Below, piece after piece: positions 26,338-33,244 of a stretch of DNA of 37,125 bases (the first letter of the stretch is position 1; each line of letters begins with the position of its first letter). This DNA comes from a virus (Duplodnaviria > Caudoviricetes), in IMG/VR virus record IMGVR_UViG_3300005512_000117, positions 1 to 37,125 of that record; one strand, 5' to 3'. The notes beneath the pieces are model-generated. The model ran no database searches, was not told the origin of the DNA, and saw only the letters and a list, made by a program, of their open reading frames with translations. The position numbers and the translations under genes were made by a program.

Positions 26338-28163
26338 GACTGCTCTGCCTCAGCCGCATTCATCGCGCCGATTGTTGCCGCCGCGACTTGCTCTGGAGTT
26401 GCGCCAAAACTGATCGGTGTATATGTAGGCAGTGGCTGTACTCCAAGCGAAGGTAGTCCACTGCTAACATCGCTTAACGGTGTAATGTCGCCGACCTGCG
26501 GGATGAATGTTGCCGGAGTGGTTCCCGGTATTGTTCTGGTTGCGAAGTCAGTGACTCCTTGGATGCCCTGCGGCAACGAAGTCAAGGGAAGGCCGACGGC
26601 AGAGGATAGCTCCTCTGGGCTCACTCCAAACTCCATCATTCTTTCCGGAAGGTCTGCGGCTTCTATGCCAATCGTGTTGACCACATCCCTTATCATAGAC
26701 TCCCGCTCCAAAGCAGGAAGACTTCCGAAGGCTTGTTGCTGAAACGTTGCAACATTTTTTGGTGCAACTGCACTTTTTTGAGACTCTGCTTGACTTAATG
26801 TGTATTGGCCAAATGGGCTCGATACATCAATGCCAGTCGCTTCTGGAGTTCTGTATGAATAGAATGGTAAGCCCGGATCATATACTTCGGGCCCAAATGC
26901 TCCGCTATATGCCCCACCAAAGTCGTATTCTTGGGTGTTCGCACTAGCAAGAATATCCCCAACATCAACATTTTGGGCTATGTAATCTTCAAGCTCTGAA
27001 GCCAATGAACCTCGAGAGTCTGAATCTAATCCTTGGTAGTACCGCTGGAAACCGCTGTAAAAATCATCGGGTATGTCTTCGACGGTCGGCGTCGCCACAG
27101 GTGGCTCAGCAACAGGCTGTGTGTACCCGAATGGTGTTGCCCCTGCATCAAGAACAGACTGGAAGTCTGCGTCCGAAATATCGGGGAACAATAAGCGCAA
27201 GCCATTTGTGTCGATATTGTTATCTTGGAGGAATTGATTAAGAGCTGTGTAGTCGCCTGTTGTCTGTGCCTGACCCGTTAAAGCTACGACTGTGTCGGCT
27301 ACCCCTGTCAGTGAAGTTGTGTCTTCGGGTATGTCGGGCTCAGTAGGAGGTGGTGGCTCAACAGGGGGTGTTGGTGGCTCGATAAGCGTGTAGTCACCTA
27401 TGTCTAGCCCGATTGGCTCCAAGATTTCATCAAGAGAAAACAAGGCATTGTTGATCTCGGTGTCTACATCTGCGCCAGTAGAGCTTCTATTCCATACCGT
27501 ATTCACGGAAGACCGAAGCTTATCTGCCTCAACGTTATAGCCTTGATCTTGCAAAGCCGCAAAGCCGCTAGAGATCTCTTCAATTATTTGCTCAGGTGTT
27601 ATCTGCCCAGCAGTTGCACGATCAAAGACGCTTTGTGTATATGCATCATAATCCGACTGCGCCAGTGTTAATGGCTCTGGGTCAGGAACAGGCACGTCCA
27701 CAGTGACATCAGAGCCGTCACCAACAGTTACTGGCGAACCACCGCCACCTATGTCAATGTTGTCACCGCCACCTCCTATGGTGGGGCCAGACGTAGGCGG
27801 CTCTGGATCTGGCTGTGGCGCTTGATAATAATTCCCTAAGTCATAGCCTTGGCCTTCAAGGAATTGATCCAATAACGAAAGACCTGCTGACAATTCATCT
27901 GGTGTCTGATAGTTTGCGCCTACAGTTTTAATCGCTGATGCGAAGTCAGCTAAGCTGTAATCAATACCCTGAGAATCCAAGCTGTTCAATGTACTTGTCA
28001 GATAGTTCGCCCCATCTTCGATAGAGTACCCTTGATTAAATAGACCGTCATAAATTGAATCTGCAAATGATTCGTAGTCAGATTGAGTCAGGCCGCCTTC
28101 CGCCATACGGACTGGCTGTTGTTCGGCCATGTATTCAGCGAGGGCACGTCTGTATCTTTCCAT
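26334..28163 (-). CDS. Large acidic hypothetical protein with a duplicated domain and Pro-rich linkers (putative internal virion protein)
   Basis: About 609 aa; start probably ATG 28163 (TAATG overlap); N-terminal RMAEGG; D/E-rich. Confidence 0.65.
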   Translation of the reverse strand: MERYRRALAEYMAEQQPVRMAEGGLTQSDYESFADSIYDGLFNQGYSIEDGANYLTSTLNSLDSQGIDYSLADFASAIKTVGANYQTPDELSAGLSLLDQFLEGQGYDLGNYYQAPQPDPEPPTSGPTIGGGGDNIDIGGGGSPVTVGDGSDVTVDVPVPDPEPLTLAQSDYDAYTQSVFDRATAGQITPEQIIEEISSGFAALQDQGYNVEADKLRSSVNTVWNRSSTGADVDTEINNALFSLDEILEPIGLDIGDYTLIEPPTPPVEPPPPTEPDIPEDTTSLTGVADTVVALTGQAQTTGDYTALNQFLQDNNIDTNGLRLLFPDISDADFQSVLDAGATPFGYTQPVAEPPVATPTVEDIPDDFYSGFQRYYQGLDSDSRGSLASELEDYIAQNVDVGDILASANTQEYDFGGAYSGAFGPEVYDPGLPFYSYRTPEATGIDVSSPFGQYTLSQAESQKSAVAPKNVATFQQQAFGSLPALERESMIRDVVNTIGIEAADLPERMMEFGVSPEELSSAVGLPLTSLPQGIQGVTDFATRTIPGTTPATFIPQVGDITPLSDVSSGLPSLGVQPLPTYTPISFGATPEQVAAATIGAMNAAEAEQS

Positions 28164-28456
28164 TACCATTTAACCTTATGCGACCAATACTTTGCGGACA
28201 GCTTGCTTGACGGCTTTCCTTGCGCGTTATGACGAGCGTAATAGGATTTTTTTCGGGCTTTGTCTTTAGCGGACTTAGGACTCTTACCCGCCCCCTTTAC
28301 GCCCTGCTGACCAAACCTGACAAGCTTATGCTTGTCGCCTTCCTTGGCCATAACAACATGAGACTTGGTCTTGTGACTCGGAGTCCTCTTAGGCTTATTG
28401 ACGCCACTGAGACCAAGCTCCTTCATTTTGTTTTTGACGCGCTCTGGAGTAGCCAT
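28163..28456 (-). CDS. Small basic conserved phage protein
   Basis: 97 aa; NKPKRTP.H..KSHVV.AK.G...KL.RFGQQG...RKKSYYARH...LSA.YWS.K.KW. Confidence 0.75.
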   Translation of the reverse strand: MATPERVKNKMKELGLSGVNKPKRTPSHKTKSHVVMAKEGDKHKLVRFGQQGVKGAGKSPKSAKDKARKKSYYARHNAQGKPSSKLSAKYWSHKVKW

Positions 28457-28992
28457 TATTCGTAAAACATGTCCGCTTCAAGAAGGTTAGACATCAAAAA
28501 GTATACGCCCCGCCTCGCAATAAACCCGTCTCTTGGAACGGAAAAAGCGTTAGCAAAAGAGTCTCCAGCCGCAACACCTTTACACATTAGCCAGCGCTTG
28601 GGCGTCACATTTGGTCCGGGCGTATAAGCAACATAATTACAAGCTGGCGTACCCGTGATCGTGTCAGAGTTCAGCATTGTAACCGTGAATGTGTTCGCAT
28701 CCACTACTGTGATTGGGTAGTTTCCTGATGTTGCAGTTCCGCCAGTTCCTGTTGCAAAGCAGATCCCAACAACATCTCCAGTAGCCAAACCGTGGCCGCT
28801 ATCAGTTACTGTCACTGTCGTTCCAGACTGGGCATAGGTTCCAGCCACAGGCGCTGTGTCCGTATCGTAAACTGTGAGCTTCCCTTCGCTGGCCGTGCCT
28901 ACTATAGAAAACTCTTCCAGTCGATGCGGTCCAAGAACCGCAAATCCGCTTTCACGCTTACTGACTTGGAAGACTTGAGATAAGTTCCCCAC
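28456..28992 (-). CDS. Hypothetical virion protein with an inserted TVTVT..HGL.TGD domain
   Basis: 178 aa, GTG start with AGGAGG RBS; insert YAQSGTTVTVT..GHGLATGD.V.I.F..G......G.Y.ITV.D.NTFTVT, of the same type as the nozzle insert. Confidence 0.65.
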   Translation of the reverse strand: MGNLSQVFQVSKRESGFAVLGPHRLEEFSIVGTASEGKLTVYDTDTAPVAGTYAQSGTTVTVTDSGHGLATGDVVGICFATGTGGTATSGNYPITVVDANTFTVTMLNSDTITGTPACNYVAYTPGPNVTPKRWLMCKGVAAGDSFANAFSVPRDGFIARRGVYFLMSNLLEADMFYE

Positions 28993-29004
28993 AAAATTCC
29001 TCCT

Positions 29005-29031
29005 TTAAGAATGGGGCCTTTCGGCCCCTTT
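29005..29031 (-). terminator. GC-rich hairpin GGGGCC-GAAA-GGCCCC (weak terminator or RNA stability element)
   Basis: Stem 29013-29018/29023-29028, GNRA loop on the minus strand; weak U-tract (AUUCUU) immediately before the next RBS. Confidence 0.5.
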
Positions 29032-29033
29032 CA

Positions 29034-29558
29034 TTATGCCTGATCAGAGAATGCTGGTGCAGTCGCTGAAGTTACTGTTCCGAAGATCTGATAGTTCGTG
29101 CTATCGAGGCCGAGGAATGTCACATCAAAAGCCGCAGGAACATTGATCTGGAAGATGCTGTTTGAGTTCCCGTCTGAACCAACAACAGATACTTCGTTGT
29201 CTGTGTCAAGGAATGTAACTCCGCCAATGTAGAAGTTGGCATCAGCGCCTGTGTCGAAGATTGCATCAAAAGATGCCGCCGCCGCTCCTGCGAACACAAA
29301 GCGATATGCTACGCCTGCCGCTGGAGTTGGTAGGGTGTATGTGTTGTCCTGAGTAGGAGCAGGTACTAAATTGACTCGACCGCCGTTTGCCGCCGCAGTG
29401 ATAGAAGCATTGCCATCTGCTACAGAAACTGGTGTTACTTGCAGACCAGATGCGTCTAATGTGAAAGAGGTAGTAATTACTCCGGTCGTTGCATTCTTTG
29501 ATACAACTTCGAAGCCATTTTGTGAGCGAACCGCTCCAGTGAAAGTGGTATTAGCCAT
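29034..29558 (-). CDS. Putative capsid decoration / head fibre protein
   Basis: Start moved to ATG 29558 (MANTTFTGAVRSQNGF) with AGGAG RBS; .TLP.P..G..Y.F motif; directly follows the MCP. Confidence 0.55.
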   Translation of the reverse strand: MANTTFTGAVRSQNGFEVVSKNATTGVITTSFTLDASGLQVTPVSVADGNASITAAANGGRVNLVPAPTQDNTYTLPTPAAGVAYRFVFAGAAAASFDAIFDTGADANFYIGGVTFLDTDNEVSVVGSDGNSNSIFQINVPAAFDVTFLGLDSTNYQIFGTVTSATAPAFSDQA

Positions 29559-29615
29559 GAGAATCTCCTGTCGTGGCAAGTGTCAGAATGTGCATTTGCA
29601 CTTTTCTGTCAGGAT

Positions 29616-29640
29616 AAAGAAAAGGGGCCCGAAGGCCCCT
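29616..29640 (-). terminator. Rho-independent terminator after the major capsid gene
   Basis: AGGGGCC-UUCG-GGCCCCU stem-loop followed by UUUCUUU, 5 nt after the MCP stop. Confidence 0.88.
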
Positions 29641-29645
29641 CTCTA

Positions 29646-30554
29646 TTAGTCAGCTCCCGGAGAGCCGTAGATTCCGAGTGGATCGGATACGCCGAAGCTA
29701 TAACGCTCACGAGCCTTATAACGAACGTTTCCTGTATCGAAATCACCGTCCATAGACGTTTGCATTGCAGTCCGCACGAAGTGCTTCATGCCGTTTGGTA
29801 CGTCTGTGGTCAAGAAGAACGCATCGTTGTCAGTCAGGTAGTGATTGACACGGTAGCCTTCTGGGATTGACCCGTTAGAACGGATTGCGTTGATGTCGTT
29901 GTCAGCAGTGCCAACACGGAGATCTGTCTCTAAGAGACGAGTCGCCACAAACATCAATGCAGGTGGAACGATCAACTTACGAGGACGTGCCGCAATCAAA
30001 AGACCACGCTCGTCTGTGTATGCCGCGATATCAATAACAGCCTGCTCAAGAGAAGTCTCGTTGAGGTCAGCCGCTGTTGATGGGCGGTTTGAGTTGTTTC
30101 CACCAGACACAGTTGGGTGTGAAGCGTTGAACAAAGTCACGCCGTCACCTGACTGGAAGGTATCAAAACCAGTGTTCAGCAGGGATGCCGCCTTGGTCTG
30201 CTTAGTGTACGCCATTGCACGAGCAAGTGCCTTGGTGTAACGAGCTGACAGTGCGTCATACAGGTTATCTTCCATCGCTTCTTCAGTGACAGAGAAACCC
30301 ATTCCAACTGTTTCGTGGTTGTATCGGGCAACAAAAGATTCTTGTGCGCTGTCATAAGAAATCGCAGAACCTTCTGGCTTAACTGGTGCGGCACCAAAGC
30401 CAGAGAGTTTTACTTCTTCTTCAAAAGAACGCTCTGAATTTTCTGTCTCGTAGATCTCAGCATGCTCGTTTTCGTACTTCTGGTACTCAAGACCGAACAA
30501 TGCGTTAAGACCGGGTAATAGCTCCTTGAGGAGCTGGGCGCGTGTAATAGCCAT
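29646..30554 (-). CDS. Major capsid protein (Mu gpT-like family, HK97 fold)
   Basis: 302 aa MAITRAQLLKELLPGLNALFGLEY..Y..EH..IY..E.S.RSFEEE..LSGF..AP.K.EG..; GDGV.LF...HP; KLIVPP.L; GDFDTGNVRYKARERYSFG.SDP; followed by a strong terminator. Confidence 0.9.
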   Translation of the reverse strand: MAITRAQLLKELLPGLNALFGLEYQKYENEHAEIYETENSERSFEEEVKLSGFGAAPVKPEGSAISYDSAQESFVARYNHETVGMGFSVTEEAMEDNLYDALSARYTKALARAMAYTKQTKAASLLNTGFDTFQSGDGVTLFNASHPTVSGGNNSNRPSTAADLNETSLEQAVIDIAAYTDERGLLIAARPRKLIVPPALMFVATRLLETDLRVGTADNDINAIRSNGSIPEGYRVNHYLTDNDAFFLTTDVPNGMKHFVRTAMQTSMDGDFDTGNVRYKARERYSFGVSDPLGIYGSPGAD

Positions 30555-30566
30555 TAGTCAGTCTCC

Positions 30567-31169
30567 TTACGCTGAGCCGGTTGTTGATGAATGCTGATGA
30601 TAGTTGAACTTACATACCAAGATTGGATAGTCTGTTCCCTTTTCATCGCCCTGATCGCCACCGAGATAATCGATGATACGAATAGGGTTTTGAGCATCTG
30701 TGCTGATCTCTGAAATATCCAAAGCAACGCGAGACACCTTGAATGTGGTGTTAGGCGCAGTTTGAACCAACAGAGTGTTCTTGCCATAGATGTCGCCAAC
30801 GTTAGTTGGTGCGGCATCGGCTTGAATCGCAAACAACACACTCGGATCATCGACAACATAAGCCATCGCGTCTGAGGCAACTGTGCTTGCTGGCCATAGC
30901 TGGCTGAACGTTAATTGCCCTGTGTTTGGATCGGTGTACTTACAACCCAAGAAGATACCGACCATATCGATTTCTGTTGAGTCATCACCTGTTCCAGATT
31001 GCTTTTCGATTGTAGTGGCGGTACCACCATCAACCAACTGTACGATATCGCCCATTGCGATATTCGTGGCATAGCCTGAAGCAATGGGGTACTGGCGGAA
31101 AACTTCCAATGATCCATTGTCCAGACGACCAATCGGACGGAGTCCGAAGGGCGCGGCTGTTGCAGACAT
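30567..31169 (-). CDS. Putative capsid cement/stabilizing protein
   Basis: 200 aa; APFGLRP, Y.IAS.Y...I..GD.V, G.F.GC.YTDP, AYV.DDP...F..Q; immediately upstream of the MCP; AAGGAG RBS. Confidence 0.6.
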   Translation of the reverse strand: MSATAAPFGLRPIGRLDNGSLEVFRQYPIASGYATNIAMGDIVQLVDGGTATTIEKQSGTGDDSTEIDMVGIFLGCKYTDPNTGQLTFSQLWPASTVASDAMAYVVDDPSVLFAIQADAAPTNVGDIYGKNTLLVQTAPNTTFKVSRVALDISEISTDAQNPIRIIDYLGGDQGDEKGTDYPILVCKFNYHQHSSTTGSA

Positions 31170-31217
31170 ATTTATCTCCTTAAATGTCTTACTGCGGCAC
31201 CCCTTCGTAGTAACTTA

Positions 31218-31670
31218 CTAGGAGTTGCCGCTACCAAATGACACCTTCGTTGAGCGCTCTGGCCTTAACATTGGCATCCGTGGATCATTCTCCCGAAGGT
31301 AGTTGTTGTCCACTGATTCCATCTGCCGTTGCGCCACGTCACGAAAATGTTCGTTCCGGGCTTGGACGTTCTCTTTGTCATTGCGACATAACAAGAGTCC
31401 GCCTACTTCAACATTCCCTTCAAACCGAGAGTCGATATCAGACATAACTTGTAGTTCAGGATGCTCACTAGTTGGAACTGGTTCCCATCCTTCCCGGAAC
31501 TTCGCAGAAACATTTGTGTTATCTGCTTGACCAAGTGTTGCTGTCCGAATCCACCGATACGAGTATTGATCGTTTTTGAGCGGTTCAGGAACGCGAGAAG
31601 CTGGGGCCCATGATTTTTTGCGCTCAGTTTTTTCGCGGGTCTGAGTTTCCCTTGGGGCTCGAGTTGACAT
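31218..31670 (-). CDS. Conserved phage head-module hypothetical protein
   Basis: 150 aa; W.P...P.P....YRWIR....G..D..NVS...REGWEPV...GGLLLC...RN..F....QM.SVD. Confidence 0.75.
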   Translation of the reverse strand: MSTRAPRETQTREKTERKKSWAPASRVPEPLKNDQYSYRWIRTATLGQADNTNVSAKFREGWEPVPTSEHPELQVMSDIDSRFEGNVEVGGLLLCRNDKENVQARNEHFRDVAQRQMESVDNNYLRENDPRMPMLRPERSTKVSFGSGNS

Positions 31671-32572
31671 TACTGCTTCTCCTTCATAAGTTGCGCCGCA
31701 TATTGTTCGGGCGAGAGGCCCAGTCGCTTGGCGAGAGCGACTTGTGTTGTTGTCAGTCGTATCTTGCGGGGTGATTTAGACGAGCGAGTCGCCGGGGCTA
31801 CCACGGAGCCTGATTCTTGACGAACCGACGCACCGGAGTCGCTTGGAAAAGCTTCACCGATAGCCTTGTCGATTTCGTTGTAATACTCCTGACTTGTTGG
31901 GTCTACGCCGTTGGATACGAGTTCATCGTGAACCCCCATTGCGTAGGCTGTCATTCGTTTGTTCTGCCCGAACCAAGAGTTATTTCTTGCCCATTCCTCT
32001 GCTTGAGGGTCAGCTCTAAGCTGTTGTTGCTCGACTCTCTGCTGTGCTTGTTGGAATGGGTTTTGTGCGGGCTGATATTCTTTTGGCTTGTATGAATCGT
32101 AACGAGACTTCTTGGCCGTTAGCTCAGACATCTTGATCTGTGCTTCGGTCAGTGCATCTGAGTCACCGATTTCATAAGCCTGCTTGTATGCGTTCTTGGC
32201 CTTTTCTAGTTCGGCCTCAAGACGACCCCTTGCCTCACCGACAAGGACGTTTTCGCCTTCAGTTAAACGCTTACGATAATTCTCTGCTTCTGAAAATTTC
32301 TTCTCAGCAAAAGCTATTGCTTCATCACGGAGCCGTTGCGCCTCTTCTTTTTGGCGACGTTCTTCATGATATTCAAAGCGTAACTTCTTGATTCTACTCT
32401 GAACTTTACCAGAGTAATCTTCCAGCTCTTCTTCCGAACCAATGTCTGGCTCTGCTCCATCTGGTCTCCGTGGGCGACCACGGTCTTCTTCTGGAGTATC
32501 GTCTTCGATTTCTAACTCGAAATCTGAACTGTCTTCTTCGGGTGTTTCCACCTGCAATTCTTCTTCGCTCAT
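31670..32572 (-). CDS. Putative capsid scaffolding protein
   Basis: 300 aa; acidic N-terminus, long coiled coil, DP.A..W...N.WFG, C-terminal L...QVA.AKRLG...EQYA helix; lies between portal and MCP. Confidence 0.7.
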   Translation of the reverse strand: MSEEELQVETPEEDSSDFELEIEDDTPEEDRGRPRRPDGAEPDIGSEEELEDYSGKVQSRIKKLRFEYHEERRQKEEAQRLRDEAIAFAEKKFSEAENYRKRLTEGENVLVGEARGRLEAELEKAKNAYKQAYEIGDSDALTEAQIKMSELTAKKSRYDSYKPKEYQPAQNPFQQAQQRVEQQQLRADPQAEEWARNNSWFGQNKRMTAYAMGVHDELVSNGVDPTSQEYYNEIDKAIGEAFPSDSGASVRQESGSVVAPATRSSKSPRKIRLTTTQVALAKRLGLSPEQYAAQLMKEKQ

Positions 32573-32937
32573 GCTCTTTCTATGCCTCTTGGATCTTCGA
32601 CAATTGCCTCTACCGAATCATCATTGATGAGACGGAACTCTTGTCCCTGCACCTTGAAACGTGTCCCGGTGTAGGAACGAAAGATCACCCAGTTGCCTGT
32701 TTCGCAATAGGGTCCTCGTGGAAATTTGTCTGGATCACCATAGGCATCGTCACCCATTTCGATGACGTATCCGAAGATTGATGCTGTGGATTCTTTGTTT
32801 CGATACTCGTTGGCGATGATAATACCGCCTTCGGTCTTTTCTTCGATCTCTGGGCAAGCTACTAATAACTTATAACCCTGAGGCACCGGCAAAATCTCTT
32901 CGAGCTCCGGTGTTAGCTCGAACTGCTTAACCTGCAT
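32569..32937 (-). CDS. groES: Co-chaperonin GroES (Cpn10)-like
   Basis: P.GY.LLV, KTEGGIII mobile loop, G.V..MG..AY, G.WV.F..Y.GT.F...G.E.RLINDD.V.A.V. Confidence 0.85.
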   Translation of the reverse strand: MQVKQFELTPELEEILPVPQGYKLLVACPEIEEKTEGGIIIANEYRNKESTASIFGYVIEMGDDAYGDPDKFPRGPYCETGNWVIFRSYTGTRFKVQGQEFRLINDDSVEAIVEDPRGIERA

Positions 32938-33005
32938 TTCGCTTCCTTGCGTACGGTTATGGCCCGTAGTGCCTGCGTCATCCTGACGTATTTTTTAGCA
33001 CTTAC

Positions 33006-33014
33006 AGTATATCA
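33006..33014 (-). promoter_or_regulatory. Possible extended -10 promoter (TGA-TATACT) upstream of groES/scaffold/capsid genes
   Basis: Near-consensus TGn-TATACT in the 92-nt intergenic region; no canonical -35. Confidence 0.4.
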
Positions 33015-33029
33015 TGGGTTGACAGGCGT

Positions 33030-33212
33030 TTAGGCGTTGTTGTTACGCTCTTCAATATCAAGTATCTCGCGCTCAATCATTGCAAACGCTTTGACCATGC
33101 CAGTGGCATGTTGATACTGATCGAAGTCGGCACAGCCTCCTCCTGCTAAATGGTCCGCAAGAGCATTCATATGCTCGCGCACCTTCCCTTTCAGATACTC
33201 TAGTTCTGACAT
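33030..33212 (-). CDS. Conserved small hypothetical protein after the portal
   Basis: 60 aa; L..G...DF..Y....G...A.....I pattern; AGGAG RBS. Confidence 0.7.
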   Translation of the reverse strand: MSELEYLKGKVREHMNALADHLAGGGCADFDQYQHATGMVKAFAMIEREILDIEERNNNA

Positions 33213-33227
33213 ATGCGTCTCCTATAA

Positions 33228-33243
33228 AAGTGCAAATGCACTT
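33228..33243. promoter_or_regulatory. Palindromic site AAGTGCA-AA-TGCACTT (representative of a dispersed motif; see findings)
   Basis: Core GTGCANNTGCAC also at 4570, 10013, 15104, 21927, 26762, 29590; variant at 8493. Confidence 0.7.
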
Positions 33244-33244
33244 A

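Noticed and set aside
29646-29700. Programmed frameshift or readthrough extension of the major capsid protein
   Set aside because: Tandem TAA TAG stops followed immediately by a terminator; no obvious slippery site
31188-31213. Imperfect hairpin TTACTACG...CGCAGTAA upstream of the cement gene
   Set aside because: Weak, mismatched, no U-tract; cannot be distinguished from chance
33019-33024. Perfect TTGACA on the plus strand
   Set aside because: No -10 at 16-18 nt spacing, and it points antisense to the operon
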